Of a DNA stretch of 64,000 nt, positions 13,671 through 26,200 are shown piece after piece. The notes beneath the pieces are model-generated. The model was not told the DNA's origin. It made no database searches and worked only from the letters and a program-made list of their open reading frames with translations. The translations under genes and the position numbers were made by a program. The DNA is from Octopus sinensis (lineage: Eukaryota). Each line of letters opens with the position of its first letter. The stretch's first letter is position 1. The stretch spans positions 27,218,001-27,282,000 of the forward strand of contig NC_043018.1 in NCBI RefSeq assembly GCF_006345805.1, written 5' to 3'.

Positions 13671-13759
13671 TAACGAAATGTTAGCGCCAAGCAGTGTTTA
13701 GGCATAAACAAAATTTAGTTAGTTAAAATAATAATAATAATAATTATAATAATGATAAT

Positions 13760-14225
13760 AAAAGATGGGCTACAGCAAATATTCTGCTCAATACCACAGA
13801 TTTGCTTGTCAGTTGCTTGACCATAACCAGTTGAGCATGTCCCTTAGTGGCTGACGATATGTGCATCTCTGATCACGAGCAGAAGTAGTGGGGGAGCATC
13901 ATAGCCATGTGTTGAGAGGGATTGTTTGGGGTTTGAATAATTCACCTCTGGAAACATAGGTGGTTCTTTCAACATCCTTAAACAACCCTTATTCAGGGAC
14001 CTTTTGATTGTGATGGGCTACTCAACCTGAATAAATTTCTAGCTGGGCCCCACCTGCAAGGTCATGTGCTGTTTATCTTGATATGAGATCACTATGTCGC
14101 ACACATATAGTTGTGATGCATGTGCCTGGTGTACCCTTATCAGACGGGTAGTCATGATGGGTGTATTGGGCTTCGTATATTTTACCCCAGTGTCACTTTG
14201 ATGGCATGAACTGCTCTCTCACTCA
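13760..14225 (+). mobile_element. Family F non-coding element embedded in (TAA)n
   Basis: High similarity to the reverse complement of 20906-21300 and 21432-21575; both ends lie in (AAT)n. Confidence 0.8.
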
Positions 14226-14574
14226 ATAATAATAATATGAAAATAACACTAAGGTATTTGTACTTAAAAATTTAACTCTTTCGGAGCATTATTTTAAGGG
14301 ATTAGTTTTAGGATTAGCAAAAGTAAGGGAGTCGATCGTAACCGGTTGGTAGTAAGACTTATATATTTATATACATATATATAATTAAAGAAAAAAAAAG
14401 GAGTTATATATAACAACAACAACAATAATAAGATAAACGAGACACTGTAGTGACAAACCTCTTAAAACCAAAGGAGATGTAAAGATATGGATAATCTTTA
14501 TGTAAATTTTAAAATGATAAATCAAGTGGGAGATAAAATGAGCTTTTGATATTTATAGATTGTTTACAAGGCGG

Positions 14575-14666
<92 letters not shown>

Positions 14667-15072
14667 GAAGAAGAAGAAAAAGAAGAAGAAGAAGAGGAGG
14701 AGGAGGAATTTTACAACTAGAGTAGATAAAGTAGTGTCTGATTATGTAAGTTTATACGCACATACACAAACACACGTATGCACACCCACCCACGCACACG
14801 TGTACATATATACACAGGAAACCCTCGTTTTCTAGTAGTAATGCATTCTTGAAAATCTGGCCGTAACGCGAAATTCCACAATGCGAAATTAATTTTCCTA
14901 TTGATTTCCATATTATCGACTAAGATTGCGTTCCTAAAAATCAAAAACAAAAGGCAAAGGGAAGAAAAAACCAAAAAGAAACAACAGAGAAAAAGCAACC
15001 CAATCACCTTTATACATGGAAATAGCTATTTCTGAACTTACATGTTACAATATAGGTATATATGAACACAGT

Positions 15073-15444
15073 GGAGGCGCAATGGCCCAGTGGTTAGGGC
15101 AGCGGACTCGCGGTCGTAGGATCGTGGTTTCGATTCCCAGACCGGGTGTTGTGAGTGTTTATTGAGCGAAAACGCCTAAAGTTCCACGAGGCTCCGGTAG
15201 GCAGTGGTGGCGAAAGTAGTCTTTCGCCACAACATTCTCTCACTCTTTCTTCCTGTTTCTGTTGCACCTGTATTTCAAAGGGCCAGCCTTGTCACACTCT
15301 GTGTCACGCTGAATCTCCCCGAGAACTACGTTAAGGGTACACGTGTCTGTGGAGTGCTCAGCCACTTGCACGTTAATTTCACGAGCAGGCTGTTCCGTTG
15401 CTCGGATCAACTGGAACCCTCGTGGTCGTAACCGACAGAGTGCC
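15073..15444 (+). mobile_element. SINE family D, tail type 1
   Basis: tRNA-like head ggaggcgcaatggcccagtggttagggcagcggactcgcgg...ggtttcgattccc; tail ...gcaggctgttccgttg...gagtgcc. Confidence 0.9.
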
Positions 15445-16745
15445 ACGATATAAACACAGAAACATTTCGAGTAATGTTTTGTTGGACATATTATGCCTGG
15501 CACTGTACCGCAGGATAAAAACCGTTTGTAATCCACTCTTTGAATAGGCTCTGAGTCACCCATGGCTTCTTATCTGAACGCCAAATCAGAAGCAGATTCA
15601 ACTTTTTGCAACCATTGAAAGTCCTTATATTTTCGGAGTGGGTTTTCATTTCACATCACCTGTGGCATTTTTCCCGAAATAAGTGTCAGACAATTTTTGA
15701 AAGCTTTAATTCATAGTGTTGGTTTTTCTTCTCGGAAAATAAAAGTTCTAGCAGGCATGCACTTTCAGAACAGTGAAGTTCATATTGTATACTTGCTCAG
15801 GCGTGTAGCCCGCTTCAGCAGTCATTTTATTCAACTGATCAGGATAATTTGTAAACGCTTTTGTATCAACGCTCGCAGTTTCGCCAGTCATGTATATGTT
15901 GTACAAATTCATGGGCTTGTTAAACCTTTCAAACCAGCCTTAACAAGCCAAAAAGGATTTCTCATTAGACGTTTCATTTTTCCACAAATTGTCATATAAA
16001 CTTTTGGCTCCTTTTTGAATTACCACTGTGTTTCTGGGCACATTACACTGGGTCCGCTCTCCATACGCTCAAGAGTTGCTCTATTTTAAGCATTACGTTA
16101 AACCAATGGAGAAATAAGATCTGGACAGTTGGCGGAGTAGCTTCTTAAGCACTTGACATAATATTTTCTCTCTGTTGTCGTATACTGCTCCCACTGTAGA
16201 TGTTGGTAACATACAATGTTTAGGCAATATAATTTAGTTTTATTTCCGCATCAAGTCTTTCTAAAACATCAAGTTTAATATCTAGTGTATTCCCTTTACC
16301 CTTCTTTTAAACACTACTGCCTTCCAGACGTCTTAAATAAAAGGCAAATCCTACAGCAGCGGCAATTAATTATCCACAAACAAATTAAGTAAAATCAAAT
16401 TGGCCCAGGCAAGATCTGTTTTGTGACAGTGGAAAATTGTCTTATTCTAATTAATGCAATAAGGAAAATGAGATGAAAAGGTGAAGGACAGAGGAAGAGA
16501 AAGTACTATATTATTACAGTTAGCTGAAGGGTCACCAAATTTCATAGGCAATTAGCCCCGTGCTCTTCTTCTAACTTGAGGCCTAAATTCACGCACACTC
16601 ATACACACACACACCACACGCACGCATACGCGCAATCACGCATGCGCATACGTGTTGGCGTACTTGCTGACATCTGTTGCAGCCTGTTGGATTCAAAAGT
16701 TAATGGATTGAGAGTAGTAATGATGTGAGTTGCTTTGGTTTAGAT

Positions 16746-17096
16746 CAGTGGTTCCCAACCGGGGACCATATGGCCCCTGAGGATCTATATAAGATTTCTT
16801 TTTTTTTTTGGGGGGGGGGTTCACGCAAAAAAAAAATTGGGGATCTACAATAGTATTTTAAGGGACCTCTGAAAATATTTTGATTTAGATGTATTGGTAT
16901 GTATTGCAAGTTCGGTTTCTTTCTCAAACATTTTACAATGTTCAACCTACACAAGTTAATGAGTGGAAAACAGAATAGGAATTTTGAAAGAAGCTTCTAT
17001 AAAACTAGTTTTTAAACATCAAGTAGCGATGGAGATCCACCAGAATAATGTAGTAACCCAAGGGATCCATAGATAGAAAGTGGTTGAGAACCCCTG
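16746..17096. mobile_element. hAT (Charlie-like) MITE
   Basis: TIRs CAGTGGTTCCCAACC / CAGGGGTTCTCAACC; 8-bp TSD gtttagat / ctttagat (7 of 8 match). Confidence 0.85.
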
Positions 17097-17139
17097 CTTT
17101 AGATGTGAAAAACAAAATAGGAATTTTGAAAGATGCGTC

Positions 17140-17330
17140 TATAATCGCTTGACAACCGATGCCGGTGTGTTTACGTCTCCGAAACTTAGCGGTCCGGCAA
17201 TAGAAACCGATAGAATAAGTACTAGGATTACAAAGAATAAGTCCTGGGGTCGATTACTCGACTAAAAAGCGGTGCTCCAGCATGGCCGCAGTCAAATGAC
17301 TGAAACAAACAAAAGAAAGAATAAAAGATA
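17140..17330 (+). mobile_element. SINE A 3' half
   Basis: Family A tail. Confidence 0.85.
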
Positions 17331-17387
17331 TATATAACGTATATATATATATATATATACACACACACATATATATATATATAATAT

Positions 17388-17449
<62 letters not shown>

Positions 17450-17834
17450 CTCATCTTACGTATGTGTGTAACGTGAGGCTAGTTCTCCAAATTGTTAACT
17501 GTATACTTTGATTTTAAGTAAAACGCAAGTGGCCATTGTGCGAAGAAGAAAGTGTAGTTATCAATTGTTAATAGTTTAAAACTATGCAAAACGAGTTTCC
17601 GTAAGAGCAAAACTAGTGGTCAAACTTTAAATCTCCGTAAGCGCGAAATCCCGTAACCCGGGGTAGCTGTAACGCGAGGGATGCCTGTATTTTGATATAT
17701 ATGTGTGAGGGGGTGTATATATATATATATATATATAATTAAAAATACAGACCTGTATATAAATACACATGCATAGTTTTGCAATTGTGTGTGTGTGTGT
17801 GTCTGTGTGTGTGCCTCTGTGTGTGTGTGTGTGC

Positions 17835-17881
<47 letters not shown>

Positions 17882-17939
17882 CCTAAACATCATCGTTACT
17901 TCACCATAAACGTTTACAATTGCCAACAGCAGCAGCAAC

Positions 17940-18186
17940 ACCACCAACAGTTTCACCATTATCATCATTATTTCTCTTCCTCCTCTTCCTTCTCATCAGC
18001 ATCATTATCATCGACGTCATCAATATCATCCCTCTCCTCCTCCTCCGCTTCCTCCATCATCTCCTCCTCCTCCTCATCATCATCATCATCCATTTCCTCC
18101 TATTCCTCCTCCTCTTCATCATCATCGTCATCAACATCCATCTCCTCCTATTCCTCCTCCTCATCATCATCATCACCGTCATCATT

Positions 18187-18217
<31 letters not shown>

Positions 18218-18497
18218 CCGTCATCATTATCATCATCATCATACATCTCCTCCTCCTCCTCCTCATCATCATCATCACCGTCACCATCATCATCATCACC
18301 ATCATCATCATCATCGTCATCACCGTCATCTCATCATCATCATCATCATCATCATCATCACCGTCATCATCATCATCATCATCATCATCACCGTCATCAT
18401 CATTATCATCATCATCATCATCATCATCATCACCGTCATCATTATCATCATCATCATACATCTCCTCCTCCTCCTCATCATCATCATCACCGTCACC

Positions 18498-18529
<32 letters not shown>

Positions 18530-18571
18530 CATCACCGTCATCTCATCATCATCATCCTCACCGTCATCATC

Positions 18572-18603
<32 letters not shown>

Positions 18604-18635
18604 CATCACCGTCATCATCATCATCATCATCACCG

Positions 18636-18677
<42 letters not shown>

Positions 18678-18700
18678 CCATCATCATCACCATCATCAGC
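17940..18700. repeat. (TCA)n/(TCC)n array with higher-order duplication
   Basis: Directly visible; a block recurs at a 215-bp period (18241 and 18456). Confidence 0.9.
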
Positions 18701-19132
18701 CCACTGATTCGGAAATCGATCAGCTGGTCGATATTCTTATCAATACGAGTTGTTTGTATTTCTACTGCGCACTTCTAGCGATGGCACGTGTATCTGTGTA
18801 TATTTATTTACGCATGTGTACATGTTCAACGGTAAGTGTATGCGCGTGTGTACTTGCTGCTTGGTGGATGTATCTTTCCATCTATGTGTTTGTGCGTTGC
18901 TACTTCTCGGAATTGTGCATGTTTATATGTGTGTATGTGTGTATGTGTGTATGTGTGTATGTGCGCGTGTACTTGCTGGCGTGTATATGTATCTATAGGT
19001 ATATGTATATGTTGATCAGTATACGTATGAATATCTGCACACACAAACACATACACACACAGACACACATATACACATATATGTATATATATATATATAT
19101 AATATATATATTATATATATATATATATATAT

Positions 19133-19163
<31 letters not shown>

Positions 19164-19454
19164 ATATATGCTTGTATATATAATAGTTACGTGTGTATAT
19201 AAAGATATATATACACTATACATATATATAAACATATACACACATATATATATACATATAAAATATATATATATACATATAAAATATATTATATATATAT
19301 ATATATATATACATACATACATATATACATACATATGTACATATTTATATACGCAGATATATAAACGCTCTTATTAGCATACATGTGTACATGGAATATA
19401 TGCGTTGATGCAAGCATGTATGTACAAATGTGTATGTATGCATGAATGTTTATA

Positions 19455-19489
<35 letters not shown>

Positions 19490-19499
<10 letters not shown>

Positions 19500-19566
19500 A
19501 GGGCTTAGTAAAATAAATTACTTTGCCACATACTGAACTTTATTTTACTAAGCCCTTATATATAAT
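19490..19566. repeat. Perfect 28-bp inverted repeat with 21-nt spacer
   Basis: attatatataagggcttagtaaaataaa / tttattttactaagcccttatatataat. Confidence 0.85.
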
Positions 19567-19679
19567 GTAATATTTTGAATTCGCATAAAATGGTCCCTTT
19601 ACATACTGAATACTTGGTGAAATTGATTAATAATTAATTAATTTACCCTCAATTGTTGAAATTATATATATATATATAT

Positions 19680-19732
<53 letters not shown>

Positions 19733-20127
19733 ATGTATGTATGTATACACATACACGCACACAAACATTCGTGTACATGTATATGTGCATGCGTATTCCA
19801 ATTTAGCAATACATAAATGAATTGTTTTGTGTAACTTACGTGTGTACGCAAGCGCGCGTGTGTGCGTGTGTGTGCGTGTATTTCAGTTTCAGGAATGTGC
19901 CTATGGTTAAGAAATTCTTTCCTCAGCTATGTGGATTCGGGATCAGTATCAGAGCCACTCGGTGGACCCGTTAGGCGAGTATCTTCCAATACAACCTCGG
20001 GTCGGCCAATAGCTATTACAAGTGGATCTCCTGGATAGAAACTGAACTGAACCTGTACGTATGTATGTATATATGTATGTATGTATGTATGTATGTACGT
20101 GTGTGTGTGTTTTGCAACCAACTTGCT

Positions 20128-20530
20128 TAGGCGCAGGAGTGGCTGTGTGGTAAGTAGCTTGTTTACCAACCACATGGTTCCGGGTTCAGTCCCACTGCGT
20201 GGCACCTTGGGCAAGTGTCTTCTACTATAGCCTCGGGCCGACCAAAGCCTTGCGAGTGGATTTGGTAGACGGAAACTGAAAGAAGCCCGTTGTATATATA
20301 TATATATGTGTGTGTGTGTATGTTTGTGTGTCTGTGTTTGTCCCCCTAGCATTGCTTGACAACCGATGCTGGTGTGTTTATGTCCCCGTCAATTAGCGGT
20401 TCGGCAAAAAGAGACCGATAGAATGAGTACTGGGCTTACAAAAGTAAGTCCCGGGGTCGATTTGCTCGATTAAAGGCGGTGCTCCAGCATGGCTGCAGTC
20501 AAAATGACTGAAACAAGTAAAAAAGAGAAA
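20128..20530 (+). mobile_element. SINE A, full length
   Basis: Consensus copy, preceded by an older diverged A-like copy (about 19890-20126). Confidence 0.92.
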
Positions 20531-20611
20531 AAATATGCAAGTGCCACCAGTCGAGCCAGCAAGTGGAGGAGGCCCTTAAGAGAGAATACGTGCTGTTTCG
20601 GGGCCTACCAC

Positions 20612-20905
20612 TCTTTTATTCTTTTGTTTGCTTCAGTCATTTGACTGCGGCCACGCTGGAGCACCAGCTTTGGTCCAACAAATCGACCCCAGGACTTATT
20701 CTTTGTGAAACCTGGTACTTATTCAGTTGGTCTCTGTTGACGAACAACTAACTTACGGAGACGCAAATAAACCAACATCAGATGTCAAGCGATAGAGGGG
20801 TGGGGCAAACACCGACACAAAGGCACACAATCATATAATATATATATATATATATATATACAACGGGCTTCTTTCGGTTTCCGTCTACCAAATCCACTCA
20901 CAACG
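20612..20905 (-). mobile_element. SINE A, 5'-truncated
   Basis: Tail-to-tail with the preceding copy. Confidence 0.8.
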
Positions 20906-21575
20906 CTACCTATCCGATAAGGGTACACCAGGCACATGCATCACAACCATATGTGCGCGACATGGTGATCTCATAACAAGATAAACAGCGCATGACCTTG
21001 CAGGTGGGGCCCAGCTAGAAATTTCTTCAGGTCGAGTAGACTATCCCGCTCAAAAGGTCCCTGAATAAGGGTTGTTTGAGGATGTTGAACGAAACACCCA
21101 TGTTTCCAGAGGTGAATTATTCAAACTCCAAAGAATCCCTCTCAACACATGGCTATGATGCTCCCCCACAACTTCTGCTCGTGACCAGAGATGCACATAT
21201 CGTCAGCCACTAAGGGACATGCTCAACTGGTTAAAGTCAAACAACTGACAAGCAAATCTGTGATATTGAGCAGAATATTTGCTGTAGCTCATCTTTTAGA
21301 CCAAGACAAAACAATGTACATGATAACACTTCCAATCAGTTAAGATCAGAAACCATGAGAGCCACTGCCTGGTACTGCATTAGGGTATATATTATTATTA
21401 TTATGATTATTATTATTATTATTATTATTATTGAATGAGAGAGCAGTGCATGCCATCAAAGTGACACTGGGGTAAAATATACGAAGCCCAGTATACCCAT
21501 CATGACTACCCGTCTGATAAGGGTACACTAGGCACATGCATCACAACCATATGTGCACGAAATGGTGATCTTATA
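20906..21575 (-). mobile_element. Family F, two head-to-tail partial units separated by (ATT)n
   Basis: gataagggtacac(c/t)aggcacatgcatcacaaccatatgtgc occurs twice (about 20915 and 21515). Confidence 0.85.
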
Positions 21576-21576
21576 A

Positions 21577-21619
<43 letters not shown>

Positions 21620-22124
21620 ACAGTTGTTTGCTGTGCCTGCTTTTTACTTTATTGTTCATTATCGATTCTGAGTTAACTCAGCCAACATTGTATTCTCTTT
21701 TTTTTGTTTTTGTTTTGGTAATTCCCCCACCCCCACCCCTATAATGTCCCCTTCTCTATTCATAGGCCTCGTGGCAAATACAGCAATGATGATTTACAGA
21801 CTGAGTAGAGTGATCGTCGACATTGAATTACAGTTAGTTGTTTGCGTCCTGATTTCAAAATCGTACCGAGGTCACCTGTTTGTTATTCATTTTCTCAGTA
21901 ATCGATATTATAAAGTAGGAATCGATATATTCAGCCACACCCTTATGCACAATTAGAGGTGTTATGTCAAAGATAGAAAGTAGAATTGTACGCATATGTG
22001 CAGCCACACTTGTGTTTTGGATGGCCGACAGATGGCCTTGAATGTAGCTGCGGTATCTTAGATAGTTTTTTTTTAGTTTCTTATTTAATTTTGGTCAGAT
22101 TTAACGCTGCCTATTGTTTCTTAG

Positions 22125-22689
22125 AGGGACAGGAGTGATACCGGCGGTGTGAAATGAGAGCACAATTCCACATCGATTGAAGAAAAAGCTGAATTGCCGA
22201 GAAACTGGAATTTGTGCTTCAGTGCATAAGTTTTGGAAACTGTACAGAACTGGTTCATTAATTGTCTGTGATATACAGTAGCAAAGGGAAAATTCTGTAC
22301 AAACAGCAATTCCAAAGCGCAATTGACCAAAGGAAAACAATAAAATATGGTAAAGTGACTGAGCATGATCGAGTGATGATGGAATGGTTTCTACATCGTT
22401 GTGGTGACTCATCAGGATGCTTAATAACGAAGCAGGGTCATTTGTTCCATAAAGAATTTAAATTATACTCTTTTACTCTTTTACTTGTTTCAGTCATTTA
22501 ACTGCGGCCATGCTGGAGCACCGCCTTTAATCGAGCAACTCAACCCCGGGACTTATTCGTTTGTAAGCCTAGTACTTATTCTATCGGTCTCTTTTGCCGA
22601 ACCGCTAAGTAACGGGGACATAAACACACCAGCATCGGTTGTCAAGCAATGCTAGGGGGACAAACACAGACACACAAACACGCACACGC

Positions 22690-22720
<31 letters not shown>

Positions 22721-23470
22721 TACGACGGGCTTCTTTCAGTTTCCGTCTACCAAATCCACTCACAAGGCTTTGGTCGGCCCGTGGCTATAGTAGAAGACAC
22801 TTGTCCAAGGTGCCACGCAGTGGGACTGAACCTGGAACCATGTGGTTAATGGCTACAAAAATTCACGAAGTTTTATGGAATTTTCATCAATAGTGTACAG
22901 AAAAAAGTGGTCTGCAAGTCAAAAAAAATGATCTGCTGAGCGTGTGTATGGATTTTCCAAGGTCGTAAGTGGTGTATCATACAGATAAACCTGTATTATA
23001 TCGATGCACATTAACAACATTAGACGGGAAAATACTGCGCTTAAATGCTGTAGGTTACGCTCAGACGTAGGCCATTGGCAAAAGGGAAAAAGTATATGTC
23101 ACAGAGCCTTGAAAAGAATTACATTTTCTCTAGTAACACACCGTTCAAATAAGAATGATTGGATTACAACTGTAGTTATCATAAAATTATTTTAAAAGTC
23201 TTTTGTTCAAAATTCCTTTTATTCTGGACAGCTGTTCATCCTACCCTAAAGCTGAACTTATGTATAAGAAAAAAAAAATGTTTATAAAGCGTATTTATCA
23301 CTCAACTATACTTCATTTATCCTGTCCATCGAGACCAAGAAATACTGAACTCTTTAAAGGCTCACTTTTTACGAGACTTGTATTAGATGCGGTGAACGCT
23401 GGATGTACTTATAAATCATTAAACAATATAAAAATGTTCTTTGATTCGTTGCTGAAGGATGATAGAAAGT
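22125..23470 (+). mobile_element. Second pogo/Tigger-like transposase remnant
   Basis: HNSTSIEEKAEL (HTH); HDRVMMEWF..R...KQGHLFHKEF and WLQKF (CENP-B HTH); NKNDWIT, ILDSCSSYP, RLVLDAVNAG (DDE region); many disruptions. Confidence 0.75.
22466..22848 (-). mobile_element. SINE A inserted into the Tigger-like element
   Basis: Interrupts the CENP-B HTH between HKEFKL and WLQKF. Confidence 0.9.
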
Positions 23471-23484
23471 CGAAGCATCTACAC

Positions 23485-23560
23485 CAGTGGTTTTCAATCG
23501 GGGTCCACATGACTGTTGGGAGTTTATATAAGATTTTGTTGTTAAAATTTTATTTGCTAT
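23485..23560 (+). mobile_element. hAT MITE 5' fragment
   Basis: cagtggttttcaatcggggtccacatg... resembles the left end of the 16746 MITE. Confidence 0.6.
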
Positions 23561-23576
23561 AAACCGGTTACGGATT

Positions 23577-23627
23577 TTTGTCAGTGAACTGGTCGCGGTC
23601 TTAAAACGACGAAAATATTTTGACAAA
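23577..23627 (+). ncRNA. Third G3-C8 hammerhead-like motif (A9U, probably dead)
   Basis: UUUGUCA GUGAACU G GUCGC-GGUCUUAAA-ACGAC GAAA AUAU U U UGACAAA, inside a copy (23570-23710) of the 1926-2166 repeat. Confidence 0.5.
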
Positions 23628-24787
23628 TTAAACTTAAATGTTGAAGTGAATCGAACGGCTTTTGTGTGTTTCTTAAATGGCTTATAAACACCTTCCACGC
23701 TGCAATTGGTTATACTTCTACAACACACAAAATTGTTCAACTAATTTTTTTTATATATACACTTCCTAATAAAAAAAACGGATGTGGTTAACTTTCCTGT
23801 GACAGTTTAAGTGAGTTTGTAAGGGATGTAATCAAAGGAACAAAGCAACATACAGACTCTTACGGAACAAAAGCTACAGAAAATGTACAGAGGGAAAGAT
23901 CGAAACACATAAACATATGGAGTAACTTCGCTCGGATGAAATGTTTAACAAGTTGGCCAAGAACAATACGTCCTGTTCTTTCAAAGTTCAGGTGCCCTGG
24001 ATATCTTACCAACAACACCAAGAATTCAAGACGAAATGTTCAATTAAGAAACGAACAGCAACTCTGATAGTGTTCTGATTCTAAACTTCGCGGTTATCTT
24101 TAGAATTCCAGTAAAATTCAAAACTTTGCCAATTGTTGATGAGTAATGCTTGCAGCATATTTTGTAATTACAGATATTAATAAAACTACATTTAATATTT
24201 CTTTAATGATCTTGTTTAATTAAAGCTATTTGACTGATACCTGCACATATTCCGTACAATACTTTGCACAGTTCAGTATTGTTCAACTTGTGTCATTCAT
24301 ACCAAAGTACGGGTATCTCTGTTTTATTCAATTATTTTGGTAAATTTGATATTCATTGAATTTAAAGTCCATGATACTTTAAAGACACAGTGGGGTGTGT
24401 ATAATTGGTCACTTATAGTGTGTTGACAGAAGGTAATCACCTCGTGTTCAGTGAAACAGTTAATTAGGTAAGATTTTGAACGTAATGGTGCCGCTAATTC
24501 ATTGTTGCACTTGTACGCATGCGCGCACGCATACATTCCAGCATGTGAACAAACGAAGAAAACCCAACGCATTTAGCTGGAGTGTTCAACACATAATAGC
24601 AAGTTGAATCCGCTCCACATTACTTAGTTTCGTAAGAGCAGAATGCACCCACATCCTTAAACATCCAGAGTTAGAGTGAGAAATTTTAATCGCTTCTAGA
24701 TGAGAATATCTCGACCTTCATTGATCCCTTCAGGCAACGTTGATACTTTGACTAAGCAATGACAACAATTAATTCCTTTATATAAAA

Positions 24788-25170
24788 CTAGCAGTATCGC
24801 CCGGCGTTGCTCGGGTTTGTAAGGGAAATAACTATAAAGCATTTTTAAAGAGTTATAGCCAAAAAATAGCAAAAAATGCATTAAAAATGGAAAAAAAATT
24901 ATGGTAATTTTTTTTTAATCGTTGACTCATCGTAGACATTTTTAGAGAGTTACTTCCCTAATATAATAGCGAAAAAATGCATTAAAATGGAAAAAAATGA
25001 TGGTAAATTATTTTTAAAATCGTAGACTCATCGTAATACCCAGAAGGGCTCGATATAAATCACGACTATAAGATACCCGGATTTGGTTAAACTGCACCGC
25101 AAAATGTGGGAGTAGTTAGGAATCTAAATCGTAGGAGACAGACACACAACCTTACTTTTATATATAAAGA
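24788..25170 (-). mobile_element. Non-autonomous Helitron, 383 bp, complete
   Basis: 5' TC (TCTTTATATATAAAA), subterminal hairpin CCCGA-GCAACG-CCGGG, 3' CTAG, inserted between A and T with no TSD; internal ~100-bp tandem duplication. Confidence 0.85.
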
Positions 25171-25519
25171 TATATTCTAGCGACAAAGACAATATTAATG
25201 CCGAGAGGTATTATTTATCCCTAATTAAACGTGGATGTTCAAATAAAACAAACTAAACTGCAGTAGTTACCACAAGAGAGACCCTCAAATTGGCTTTTGA
25301 TGCAAAATGCAAACATGTTTATATCGCTAGCGTTGAATAATTGAAAAGCCTCTCCTGAAGCTTGAGGCAACACACTCACCCTCGTCTTATCTGCAGGCAT
25401 ACAGCTATTTTAAAGCAATGTGTCCTTCTATATTAAGGCATCATAGTGATTAGGCAACTATTTCTAGCTGGTCAAGACATTACATAGAGGCTCATTTGCT
25501 GACTTGTGATATTGATTTC

Positions 25520-25890
25520 AAATTTTGGCACAAGTCCAGGAATTTAGTGGGAGGGAGAAAGTCGATTACATCGACCTCTGTACTTAACCTGTGCTTATTT
25601 TATCGATCTCTAAGGGATGAAAGGCAACGTCAACCTCGGAGGAATTCGAAATGAGAACGTGAAGACGGATGAAATGCCGCTAAGCATTTCTTCCGGCGTG
25701 CTTACGATTCTACCAGCTCGCCGCCCTTGTCGGCATGTAATATTACTATTAGAGTTGTTCCACCGAGATCGACTTTGTCTTTCATCCTTTCGGGATCGAT
25801 AAAATAAGTACCAGTTGGGCATTGGGGCCGATGTAATCGACTTAACCCCCACCTCCGAAATTGCTGGCCTTGTGCTAAAACTTGAAACCA
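25520..25890. mobile_element. Two diverged SINE B copies, head-to-head
   Basis: Minus copy 25520-25706, plus copy 25735-25890. Confidence 0.7.
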
Positions 25891-26200
25891 ACATTGTTAT
25901 TTCAGTGTTGGTTGTTGTACTGTTGGCTAAATCTTGTTGATGTTGAACCCAAGTCCAACACTTTCTAATAGAATTAGTTTACAATGAAAGACGCTCCAGT
26001 CGTGACTGTTCCATTGTTTTATTGCTCTTTAACGTGTCCTGTCTTTTCTAGAAGTGATAGCTATGATTCAAAGAAAATATAGTTTCTGTTTTTAGCAGTT
26101 CCAGCGATTCATTCGCGCATAGCTCTTGTTGAAGCCCCCTCAACTGCTGTGAGAAGTAGTAGTAGTAGTAGTAGTAGTTGTTGTTGTTGTTGTTGTTGTT

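Larger units (their letters stand above)
14815..17686 (-). mobile_element. pogo/Tigger-like DNA transposon, decayed, with nested insertions
   Basis: TIRs CAGGAAACCCTCG (14815) and CAGGCATCCCTCG (17686, followed by TA). Minus-strand transposase remnants at about 15520-16320: ITLDIKLDVLERLD (HTH-psq), GWFERF (CENP-B HTH), AGYTPEQVYN. Confidence 0.65.

Noticed and set aside
15073-15150. tRNA gene-like sequence (also 57968, 50110-50193)
   Set aside because: Has A and B boxes but no proper acceptor stem, and continues into a SINE body.
17789-19134. 329- and 404-aa Ser/His/Ile-rich ORFs
   Set aside because: Readings of the (TCA)n array; no splice signals or domain.
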